Shown: piece by piece, positions 55,632 through 64,000 of the stretch
How the letters are laid out: each line of letters begins with the position of its first letter
How positions within the stretch are numbered: position 1 is the stretch's first letter
DNA from: Candidatus Bathyarchaeota archaeon
GTDB taxonomy: Archaea; Thermoproteota; Bathyarchaeia; TCS64
Direction of reading: 5' to 3'
Length of the DNA stretch: 64,000 bases
Assembly (NCBI GenBank): GCA_026014815.1
Contig: JAOZHP010000076.1
Span: 7,250-71,249 of the forward strand
The notes under the pieces: generated by a model
Databases searched by the model: none
What the model was told of the DNA's origin: nothing
What the model saw: the letters and a program-made list of their open reading frames with translations, nothing else
Program-made: the position numbers and the translations under genes

Positions 55632-56939
55632 ATGAGGATTATTGATGAGTATCTGTCAAGGAATCAGGCATCCTTGGAGGCTTACGAGAATGCGAGGCGT
55701 CTTATGCCCTCGGGGAACACCCGGTCTGCTCTTTACTGGCAGCCTTTCCCGCTTTGTATGAGGCGGGGCGAGGGTAGCCACATCTGGGATGTGGATGGCA
55801 ACAAGCGAGTCGACTTCAACTACAATAACACCACGCTTATTCTGGGGCATAACCACCCTAAGGTTATCGAGGCAGTCACGGAGCAGTTGACGAGGGGCAC
55901 GGTTCTCGGTGCCTCTACGGAGACTGAGCCGAGGCTAGCTGAGGAGATTCTGGGGAGACTAGGGAGCGCGGACAGGATACGGTTTACACCCACGGGCACT
56001 GAAGCGAACATGCAGGCGTTAAGGGTGGCCCGGGCGTACACGGGTAAGCCTCTCATAGCCAAATGCCTCGGGGGGTATCATGGTTCATGGGACGCTGTGC
56101 CCACTACCCCAGATGCAGTGGACATCCCGCAACCGGTAAAGGATAACACAGTATATTTTCCCTACAACGATCCTGAGGAAGCGGAGGCGCTAGTCAAGAA
56201 ACACAAAGACGAGCTGGCGGCGATGGTGGTTGAGCCCACCATGAGGGACATGACGCCGAGACCCGAGTTCCTTGAGACGCTGAGAGAGGTCACGGCAGAT
56301 AACGATGTGCTGCTGGTCTTCGATGAGGTCATATCCTTCAGGCTTGGATACCGTGGAGCTCAGGGCTATTATGGTGTCTCACCTGACATGACGGCTATAG
56401 GGAAGATCATCGGGGGCGGGTTCCCGGTGGGAGCTTATGCATCAACAGATGAATGCATGGGTCCCTTGCAGATACCGGACGCGACTCTTCCGGAGGTTGC
56501 TTCCCCACGCCTCGGGTTCTCGGGTACCTTCAACGCTCACCCCCTTGCGATGACGGCTGGTCTCACGGTGATGAGGGAGATGAAACCGGAGCGGTACGAC
56601 GATTTGGCGGTGATGGGTGAGATGATGAGGATGGGCTTGAGGAAGGCGTTCATCGAGGAAGGTGTGAGGCCTTTCGTGGGGGGCGCAGGCTCCCTTTTCT
56701 TTGTCTCTTGGACGGATAAGGAAGTTATTGATCACGAGTCTTCGTTGACGGCTGATAGAGGTCTCTTCAATATCTTCAACCTTGGCATGATGAACCGTGG
56801 AGTCTTCATCCTAGGTCACCCTAATGTCTCGGTGGTTCAGAGAAGAGAGGATATCCGGGCTGCGGTGGAGGCCGCGAGGGAGACTGTGAGGGAGATGAAG
56901 CCACTAATACGGGAGAGGGCACCTAACCTTCGCTCTTAA
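55632..56939 (+). CDS. Class III aminotransferase (glutamate-1-semialdehyde aminomutase-like)
   Basis: GTEAN, GGYHG, FDEVISFR, GKIIGGGFPVGA and SGTFNAHP; likely ATG 55632. Confidence 0.88.
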   Translation: MRIIDEYLSRNQASLEAYENARRLMPSGNTRSALYWQPFPLCMRRGEGSHIWDVDGNKRVDFNYNNTTLILGHNHPKVIEAVTEQLTRGTVLGASTETEPRLAEEILGRLGSADRIRFTPTGTEANMQALRVARAYTGKPLIAKCLGGYHGSWDAVPTTPDAVDIPQPVKDNTVYFPYNDPEEAEALVKKHKDELAAMVVEPTMRDMTPRPEFLETLREVTADNDVLLVFDEVISFRLGYRGAQGYYGVSPDMTAIGKIIGGGFPVGAYASTDECMGPLQIPDATLPEVASPRLGFSGTFNAHPLAMTAGLTVMREMKPERYDDLAVMGEMMRMGLRKAFIEEGVRPFVGGAGSLFFVSWTDKEVIDHESSLTADRGLFNIFNLGMMNRGVFILGHPNVSVVQRREDIRAAVEAARETVREMKPLIRERAPNLRS

Positions 56940-57194
56940 TCCTTGTAGCCTCGGTCACAGTCCTCTTTCATCATTTTCTCGTAGGTTGCACGAAACGCTT
57001 GTTGATTACCACCCAGTCAGGGGCATCGCCCCCGTATAACCGTCTGGCTCAGTGCCTCACCGGTTACATGGTCAGAGTATCCTTCACCAACCCACCTGCA
57101 TTCAGCGATCTTGGGTACCTTTTTCTCCATACTGTAAACTACGTTAAGGTTTACCAGGTTTCTGGAGTAGGGCGTTGTGAAGAGTATCCTCAAC

Positions 57195-58274
57195 TTAATC
57201 CAGTAAATGTTCATTACGAAGTATTTGGATAAATTGCTCCGCAGACTTTTTCCACGTGAATTTCTCCTGCATATAATCGCGTCCCCGCCGCCCCATGCTG
57301 CGTCGCAGTTCAGGATCCCCCATCAGCTGGGCGATCCTTTCCATGAACAAGCCGAAATCGTTAGTCGTGTACCCTGTCTTTCCTTCCTCGATGATCTCTG
57401 GGATACCTCCTACCCTGGTCGCTACGACGGGTTTCTCAGAGGCACTAGCTTCCTGAATGACCATCCCCAAAGTATCCAGACCAGAGGGGTGAATCAATAA
57501 CTCACAGTTCGCGTAGTATCGCTCAATGTCACCGACGTAACCCTTGAATTCCACCTGTTCCTGTAAGCCGTGTTGTTTTACCCATCCAGCTGCCCGGCTT
57601 CTATAGGCCCCGTCTCCTAGGAACGTGACAGTGTACGGTAGCCTGGAGTCCCGGTAGTACTCGAAGAATCTTTCCAGCAGCTTGATCTTTCCTAGGACGT
57701 TAAAATTCATGGCGCAGAGGATCTCGGATTTGTACCGGGGATCACTTGGATAAGCCTTGAAGCGGTCTGTGTCTACTCCACAATACATTGTGTAGACGTT
57801 AGGGATCCCCTTGCTTACCGCTATTCTGTTAAGGTAGTTAGAAACAGTTACCACAAAGTCTACGTCGTTGAGGCTGTTCTCGTTTTGGAGTTTTTTCAAA
57901 GTGAATCCAAGTTTTTGGCGAAACGGTACACCTTTTTCCTCGGATTCCTCCCAGTAGTTGCCCTTCAAACGTAACCCTATGGCCTTGACTTTTTTCATGG
58001 ACTTTGCTATCTTGGCTCCCATCAATCCATGGTAAGGGTTATGGGTCACAAGAATATCCGAGTCGATCTTGTGGATGTATCCGAGCGTGGGGAGAGAAAG
58101 CGAGTTTCGAATAGATTTCAAGGGGATTACACTGCAGGTGAAACCGTGTTTCTTTAGCTCTGACCCAAGAGCAAGGGAAGCACCTCTCCACTCGATAAAC
58201 TGTATTGAAGGCCTCCTCACGGTTGTCTTCAATGAATCTGGGTATAGACTAGCTGAGACCGTGCTCTGAGCCAT
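57195..58274 (-). CDS. Glycosyltransferase family 4
   Basis: GVDTDRF, DTLGMVIQEA and PVVATRVGGIPEII. Confidence 0.9.
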   Translation of the reverse strand: MAQSTVSASLYPDSLKTTVRRPSIQFIEWRGASLALGSELKKHGFTCSVIPLKSIRNSLSLPTLGYIHKIDSDILVTHNPYHGLMGAKIAKSMKKVKAIGLRLKGNYWEESEEKGVPFRQKLGFTLKKLQNENSLNDVDFVVTVSNYLNRIAVSKGIPNVYTMYCGVDTDRFKAYPSDPRYKSEILCAMNFNVLGKIKLLERFFEYYRDSRLPYTVTFLGDGAYRSRAAGWVKQHGLQEQVEFKGYVGDIERYYANCELLIHPSGLDTLGMVIQEASASEKPVVATRVGGIPEIIEEGKTGYTTNDFGLFMERIAQLMGDPELRRSMGRRGRDYMQEKFTWKKSAEQFIQILRNEHLLD

Positions 58275-58415
58275 AGCGCTACTGTTTTTCCCTTTTAAAT
58301 ATGTCCTTGTAGGTAGAACAAGGATACAGATTGTTGATCTAGATCAACGGAATGTAGAACTGGTGGTCTGGGTCGGATGGATAATGTCTAATACTCAGTT
58401 TTTCCATTATTTTCG

Positions 58416-59153
58416 ATGCCTATCCTTACTGTTCTCTGTATCGATGGTCTTGATTTTACCTTCTCTAAGACCCTTGGTCTGGGTCTGCCTTATGAGGTTG
58501 AGCTGAGTATCCCTAGGGAGCTGTACTATAATGGGTCTCCGCATACGATGCATATTTGGCCTAGTATGTTCACAGGTCAGATTCATGTATACAGTAAATT
58601 CAGGGACAAATCTGAATGGAGGCTAAAGGCAAGAGAGGTTCTGCATAAGCTGGGTATACGGTGGAGAAGAGACAAGACTACTTTCACTAAGAAACCTGAG
58701 TCAGAGAAGCATGCGGTTTCGAGGATATTCTGTCCACCTGAGATAACGTCCAGCGTCTTCGATGAGTTTAACAGCTTCATACATGATATCCCGGGAGTCT
58801 CTAAGGGCTTTGTGTTCGGCGGAAACTATGATGATTATATGCACAAGAAAACGGTCTTTGATATCCTCGCCAAGAGTTTGGAGAGAACCATGAAGTATGA
58901 TCTGGTTGCATTGTATTCTGGGATCATTGATTACCTTAATCACTGGGGCTATGACGTGGATTCCTTCTATAGGCTATTTTTCGCGAAGGCTCAGATGTCC
59001 AAGACCCCAGTCATCATAGTGAGTGATCATGGATGCGTCGATGGCCAACACACGGAAACAGCGTACTTGGGAGCCACGTTCCCGGTGGAGGCTGAATCAG
59101 TTCTCGATGTAGCTGATGTAATCCGTGGCTTCATGAAAGAAGTAGATCAGTGA
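58416..59153 (+). CDS. Alkaline phosphatase superfamily protein (NPP/iPGM-like)
   Basis: IDGLD, T..IWPSMFTG, DYLNH and SDHG...H. Confidence 0.75.
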   Translation: MPILTVLCIDGLDFTFSKTLGLGLPYEVELSIPRELYYNGSPHTMHIWPSMFTGQIHVYSKFRDKSEWRLKAREVLHKLGIRWRRDKTTFTKKPESEKHAVSRIFCPPEITSSVFDEFNSFIHDIPGVSKGFVFGGNYDDYMHKKTVFDILAKSLERTMKYDLVALYSGIIDYLNHWGYDVDSFYRLFFAKAQMSKTPVIIVSDHGCVDGQHTETAYLGATFPVEAESVLDVADVIRGFMKEVDQ

Positions 59154-59277
59154 AAGTGATCTTGATAGATCGCGACAACTGCATTTTCATATATATTAAA
59201 AGATGTCTGACGAGGAGATGAACCAGTCCTCTGTCTTGGAGACGTCGACGCCATCGATGAATAGCTTATCCTTAGAC

Positions 59278-59940
59278 TTAGCCGTAGAGGTCTTTGATTA
59301 TCATCGTGTACGTTAAACCTGTCTCCCTGTTGAGGTTATTCACGAGGTTTTCCAGAGAGCCTCCGATCCGCGTAAATAACTCGATTTCATGAACATCGCT
59401 GTGGCTCTCCACGAGTATCCTCAAGACACCGTGCAGAATTGAAGGCCTTGAATCAGACAGGACAGAGTCAGCGAGGCCAATCAAAGTGTTGTCATCCTCT
59501 GCCTTGCTTGCGACAATGTAACCGATCACTGACCCGTCACGAGTTACAGAGTAGAAATAATTGTTTTCGCGGGGGTTATCGGTGAAACACCAATTAAGAT
59601 AATCTAGGCTTCGATGGTAATGAATCACCTCGCTTCTCTGAGCCCAGCCTAGGTAAATATTGCTAGTATCCTTCACAGTGCATGGCAACAAGGTAAGGCT
59701 GTCATCCTTGGGCTGCCTTTCTCTGATCGTCTTCGAGGATATTGCTTGTTTATTGACCTGACAGACCAGTGTGGACCCCGCCATTTTAGTAGCTCCGGTA
59801 GAGTTGGCGAAGTTGAACCCGACGAGGAACTCGCCCTTTCCATGTAAGCTCCTGCGCCATGAAACGGATGCTCTCTTTGAAGAGGCCTCGCTTTCGATGC
59901 TCGGGGTCGATGAACCGTCGCAGCCCTGAAGTGACAAGAA
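59278..59940 (-). pseudogene. 5'-truncated, frameshifted GNAT acetyltransferase
   Basis: The acetyl-CoA motif FIDPEHRKRGLF lies in an alternative frame (59914-59879); main frame has EFLVGFNFANS and RSLDYLNWCFTDNP. Confidence 0.65.
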
Positions 59941-59962
59941 AACTGCGTCACTGTGTATTTCA

Positions 59963-61075
59963 TTATTTTATTAGTCTGTTGTATTTTCTCAGCGTCTCTC
60001 TTAATCTGTCGTGTGGGAGTGCATGGACGGTATTTCCGTTTATTCCAGTCATGGTCTCGGCTGCGATAAGGGCGTTCACTATGGCTTCCTCAGTCGCCTG
60101 TACGGTGGCGAGGAAAAGATCTGTCATGCGGTCGTTGGAGAGCATATTAAGCATGGTTACGCTGTCATTGGTCCATGCTCCCTGGTTTGCCGTAGAGAAC
60201 GCGATGAAAATGTCACCCGATCCGTTACTTGCTATTCCACCCACTTTTGATATCCCCATAGGCACGCGTCTCGCCAATCGTTTAAGCTGATGTGGTAGAA
60301 GAGGCGCGTCAGTAGCTACGACCACTATAATTGAGCCGCCTCCGTGCGTATCTTCCTCCATTATTTCAGGCATTAAGTCGGTTATCTCCATGCCCACTGG
60401 CACGCCTGCGATGGTCAACAGTTCTCTGGAGCCATAGTTAGCCTGCACGAGTACACCGACCGTGTATCCGCCATGTATCAGTGTTCGAGATGAGGTTCCG
60501 ATTCCGCCTTTGAACTGGTGGCAGGTCATGCCTGTGCCTCCTCCGACGTTTCCTTCCTCCACTGGTCCCTGCTTGACGTTGTTCAGTGCTTCAAAGGCAT
60601 GTGTTTTTTTCACGTGAAACCCGAAAGTGTCGTTTAAGCGTCCGTCATAGGTCTCGGCTACCACTGGGAGAGACCAGAAAGCCCCAGTGAGGTCTGGATC
60701 ACGCATCCTCTGTTCAAGTATCCACTCGATGACGGCGTTGTGGACTATGCCGACGCTGTGGGTGTTGGTGATCATGACGGGGCCTTCGAGGAACCCTGAT
60801 TCCTCGACCCACGTCGTGCCTGTCATCTCCCCGTTCCCGTTGAGAGAACTCCAGCCAGCGAAGACAGGGTCGAACCCTTCTCCCCTCGGCAGGATGGCGG
60901 TGACGCCGGTTCTCACAGGGCCTTTCCCGGGTACCAGCTTTCCCTCGCCAGAGATGATGGTTGAGTGACCCACCATGACTCCCTTCACGTCGGTGATGGC
61001 GTTATGATGCCCTGCTTCACCGTTGATTGGGATGCCTAGGTCTCTCGCTCTCTTCTTGGGTGACACAATTACCAT
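59963..61075 (-). CDS. dmpA: DmpA/BapA-like aminopeptidase (peptidase S58 / P1)
   Basis: NAITDV, NGNGEMTG, PVVAETYDG, EGNVGGGTGM, G|SIIVVVATDAPL autocleavage site and SGDIF. Confidence 0.92.
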   Translation of the reverse strand: MVIVSPKKRARDLGIPINGEAGHHNAITDVKGVMVGHSTIISGEGKLVPGKGPVRTGVTAILPRGEGFDPVFAGWSSLNGNGEMTGTTWVEESGFLEGPVMITNTHSVGIVHNAVIEWILEQRMRDPDLTGAFWSLPVVAETYDGRLNDTFGFHVKKTHAFEALNNVKQGPVEEGNVGGGTGMTCHQFKGGIGTSSRTLIHGGYTVGVLVQANYGSRELLTIAGVPVGMEITDLMPEIMEEDTHGGGSIIVVVATDAPLLPHQLKRLARRVPMGISKVGGIASNGSGDIFIAFSTANQGAWTNDSVTMLNMLSNDRMTDLFLATVQATEEAIVNALIAAETMTGINGNTVHALPHDRLRETLRKYNRLIK

Positions 61076-61285
61076 AGAATTTCACTGTTGTGTGTAGGTT
61101 TTCTGTTACTTAATTCATCTTCCATTCGAGCCAAGAAAAATTGGTGAACAGCGGTTTTTAGTAAAATAATTGAGAATCGGTTTCCCGAAAACATACCATA
61201 CAAAGCAACTGTTCGCGCGTATTTCCCTGTCACAATCCTCGTAGAGGTTTTATTCTTCCCAAGCAAGATTTCAGTGGTGTGAATT

Positions 61286-61771
61286 ATGGGTGAGAGTTAT
61301 GATTCTCGGGTCTGTTCGTCTGGAAGGGTTGTAGTTGCTAGGCTCAAGCCTGGGAGTGACCTCTATGCCTCGCTTCAACAGGTTGTCGAGGAGAAAGGAA
61401 TCAAAGCAGCGGTTATCCTGTCTGGGGTGGGGTTGCTGGGGGAGGCTGGTATCAGGAACTGTAGGACGTTGCCGGAGGAGTTTCCTATCACGGATGTGAA
61501 TCGGAGCTACATGTACTTTGAGAAGCCTCTTGAGATCATTGGGTTGTCGGGGAACGTGAGTGTCGCTGAGGGTAAGCCATTGGTTCACGTGCATCTCACG
61601 CTCTCATATGTGGAGGATGATGAGATCAAGGTCATCGGCGGCCACTTGATCGAGGGGTGTACTGTGTTTGGGTTCGCCGAGGTGTTCCTACTCGAGCTTC
61701 AAGGTGAGCTAGTGAAGGGTTTTGACGAGGAGACCAAGACCCTTCAACTCTTCGCTGAGTCCGCTGGTTAA
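61286..61771 (+). CDS. PPC (DUF296) domain protein
   Basis: RLKPGSDL, EIIGLSGN, HVH and GGHL. Confidence 0.9.
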   Translation: MGESYDSRVCSSGRVVVARLKPGSDLYASLQQVVEEKGIKAAVILSGVGLLGEAGIRNCRTLPEEFPITDVNRSYMYFEKPLEIIGLSGNVSVAEGKPLVHVHLTLSYVEDDEIKVIGGHLIEGCTVFGFAEVFLLELQGELVKGFDEETKTLQLFAESAG

Positions 61772-61810
61772 GTATATAGGGGCTGGTTCCTGAGTCATAG
61801 GCGATGTTCT

Positions 61811-62314
61811 ATGGAGTTTGATGAGGTTTTAGTCAAGAGAAGGAGTATTCGCAAGTATAAGCCTGAACCCGTCCCTAGGGAGCATGTGGTGAAGTTGCTT
61901 GAGGCAGCGAGGATCGCCCCCTCCGCAGGCCACAGGCAGCCATGGCACTTTATCGTAGTCGAGGACAAGATGGCTATTGAGAAGCTGGCTGGGGGCTCCA
62001 AGTGGGCTGCGGAGGCGCCGGTGATGATCGTGGGGCTGGGCGACCCAGTTGCCTCACCTAGCTGGTACGGCAATGATCTTGGTGTTGCCTTTGAGCACAT
62101 GGTTCTGGCCGCAACGAGTCTGGGGCTTGGGACCTGCTGGATGGGTCAGACTAGGAGAGACGCAGAGGTTAAGGAGATCCTGGGGATCCCTGGTGAGCTT
62201 AAGGTGATTGCTCTCACGCCTCTCGGGTGGCCAGATGATTCTCCGGGGCCCAAGGACCGTAAGAGCCTTGACGAGATAGTGAGCTGGGGCAGGTACGGGC
62301 ATAAAGCCAAGTAA
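61811..62314 (+). CDS. Nitroreductase family protein
   Basis: RRSIRKY, APSAGHRQPW and GLGTCWMG. Confidence 0.93.
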   Translation: MEFDEVLVKRRSIRKYKPEPVPREHVVKLLEAARIAPSAGHRQPWHFIVVEDKMAIEKLAGGSKWAAEAPVMIVGLGDPVASPSWYGNDLGVAFEHMVLAATSLGLGTCWMGQTRRDAEVKEILGIPGELKVIALTPLGWPDDSPGPKDRKSLDEIVSWGRYGHKAK

Positions 62315-62401
62315 ACATACGTCCTGTAGGCTCTACTCATTTTTTTCTTGAGTGACGCTAAATGGTTAATATTCAAGTATGCAGAATTATTGATGAGAGT
62401 T

Positions 62402-63100
62402 ATGTCAAAGAGCAAAAAATATTGTTCGGAGTGTGGCGAGGAGGTATCAGAAGGAACTGACTTCTGCACTAGTTGTGGAGCGAGACTTCTTGATGAGGCG
62501 GTGCCGGTGAGAGAAGGCGGGGAGAGGAGTTACGTGGAGCACCTGACGGTTGGCTTCAACATCGCTGTTTCTCAGCCTATGGTGTTCGTGCCAGCGGTAT
62601 TGTCTGGGGTGATCAGTTGGGCTTTGACCAGTGCTACCCTGGGTTACGTTGGGGTTATGGCTGCGGTGTTATCGATCATCGGCTCTATCATAGGGTTCGT
62701 GCTTAACTTTGCGTCCATCGATATGTCAAGGGACGCGTACCAGAACAAGACACTGGACCTGGTAGAGAGCGTCAACTATGTCACTGGTCGTGCAGTGGAG
62801 TTCTTCATCGCTTCTATCGTGGGTGGCTTGATGTCTGTTACTATCATATTGATTCCAGCGGTATTGTTGATGTTCGTGGTCATGGTAGTCGATGAGACGG
62901 GTATAGGTGACGCCGTCAGCAAGTCCATCGAAGTATTGCAGGCGGACATCCGTGACGTGTTGCTGATATTGCTGGTCTCGATAATTGGTTCCTTCGTCAT
63001 CGGCTTTGTTCCGTTATTCTCGGGGCTGCTGAACTCGGCGCTCAACGTGGTCGTAGGATTGGCGTTCATCGACATCTACATCAACTACAAACAAAGATAA
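62402..63100 (+). CDS. Zinc-ribbon-domain membrane protein
   Basis: YCSECG..FCTSCG followed by several TM segments; likely ATG 62402. Confidence 0.8.
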   Translation: MSKSKKYCSECGEEVSEGTDFCTSCGARLLDEAVPVREGGERSYVEHLTVGFNIAVSQPMVFVPAVLSGVISWALTSATLGYVGVMAAVLSIIGSIIGFVLNFASIDMSRDAYQNKTLDLVESVNYVTGRAVEFFIASIVGGLMSVTIILIPAVLLMFVVMVVDETGIGDAVSKSIEVLQADIRDVLLILLVSIIGSFVIGFVPLFSGLLNSALNVVVGLAFIDIYINYKQR

Positions 63101-63102
63101 CC

Positions 63103-63137
63103 GGGACCATTGGATCGGGTCCTGTCTTGGTTTTTTT
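63103..63137 (+). terminator. Hairpin plus oligo-T terminator
   Basis: GGGACC..GGTCCT stem followed by T7, directly after the stop at 63100. Confidence 0.45.
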
Positions 63138-63192
63138 AATTAAACGATAAGAGGGATTCCCACGCAGATTTACCTGTACACTCACCGAAAAT

Positions 63193-63383
63193 TTATTTTG
63201 GAATAGAAATTGTGAAACGTATGCCTTTACCCACTTCAGATTCAACACTAGTCGACCCACCTTGACCCTCAACAACCTGCTTACAAAAAGGCAAACCCAA
63301 ACCCATCCACCTTAGTACTAAACAATGGAGTAAACAAACGACCCATAACCTCCTCAGAAATACCAGATCCATTGTGAACTGAA
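63193..63383 (-). pseudogene. Remnant of a histidine kinase HATPase_c C-terminus
   Basis: SVHNGSGISEEVMGRLFTPLFSTK, a frameshift, then MGLGLPFCKQVVEGQGGSTSVESEVGKGIRFTISIPK*. Confidence 0.75.
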
Positions 63384-63409
63384 GTGGAAGAGATCGTAGT
63401 GATTAATCT

Positions 63410-63772
63410 TCATGGGTTGATGACTGGTTCATCGAGTTTTAGAAGCTGCTCGGCGTGGAGGAAGTACCGTGTGATGGCGTCTCCTTTCTGTGTGTTTTTG
63501 TAGATCTTGTTTGTTCGCTTGTCTCCTGAATCTGAAAGGTCGACTTCCTCTACCAGATCTTGAGATACCAGGGAAGATAGTGCATCATTTAGGAGTTTCC
63601 ATGAGAGGTTGCACTCGTACATTATCCTCGTTGGCTTCTCTGTGCCATTCTTGATTGCGTTGAGTACGTCTAGAAGGATCTCAAGTCTGGAACGCCTAAT
63701 CTTCAAGCCAACCAGCATGATCCCTAAAGAATTGACTCTAAAAGCGAGTTGCTGTGAAGCACAACTACACAC
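63410..63772 (-). CDS. Winged-helix transcription regulator (HTH_45/ArnR1-like)
   Basis: RRSRLEILLDVL..KPTRIMYECNLSW; true start probably downstream of 63772. Confidence 0.82.
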   Translation of the reverse strand: MCSCASQQLAFRVNSLGIMLVGLKIRRSRLEILLDVLNAIKNGTEKPTRIMYECNLSWKLLNDALSSLVSQDLVEEVDLSDSGDKRTNKIYKNTQKGDAITRYFLHAEQLLKLDEPVINP

Positions 63773-64000
63773 ACATTATATGAGGCATGCCTGCCTTCAT
63801 GATGATTACTGACGTTTCCCCTTCTGTAATCTGCATTAACCTTGAATGTAAATCATGTTAGCGTCCATTAAAAGACGTTTAAACCCTTTAGAAGACTTTT
63901 TTCACCAAGAAAACCAGTTTTAACGCCTTAACAAAATCAGCTATTGTTACTAAACCTACAAAAATAGTAACAGATTATAAAGAAACATAAGAATGTGCCA

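Noticed and set aside
55632-56939. Calling the class III aminotransferase hemL
   Set aside because: The N-terminal motif (SGNTRS versus GGVNSP) diverges and there is no tetrapyrrole gene context.
56940-57232. Short ORFs between the aminotransferase and GT4 genes
   Set aside because: No motifs; possibly a relic, but unsupported.
61069-61266. 65-aa ORF upstream of dmpA
   Set aside because: No recognisable features; likely promoter region or relic DNA.
1-64000. CRISPR arrays, transposases/integrases, and proteasome or ARC/PAN genes linked to the PafA/Dop locus
   Set aside because: None seen by eye in this window.

Overview
Archaeal chromosomal window, most likely Bathyarchaeia/TACK. This is inferred from Alba, Cgi121, type II MetAP, a single-OB SSB with an RG tail, DUF1512, intron-containing tRNAs, an unlinked 5S rRNA and TATA-box promoters. 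It holds about 55 protein genes (peptide/amino-acid catabolism, tRNA modification, transport, two-component signalling, a cluster of large PKD/CARDB surface proteins), tRNA-Trp and tRNA-Met with introns, 5S rRNA, a vapBC module and several decayed gene remnants. The main finding is a minus-strand cassette at 5867-8995: two divergent PafA/Dop (Pup ligase/deamidase family) genes followed 2 nt later by a 39-aa ORF missing from the ORF track and ending in PPGQ. This looks like an archaeal pupylation-like protein-tagging system with a new, short, basic modifier. The ORF track also misses a HypD-like glycyl radical enzyme start at the left edge and frameshifted remnants of a metallo-beta-lactamase, a receiver domain, a histidine kinase and a GNAT. 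All family calls come from motif recognition by eye; no database searches were run.
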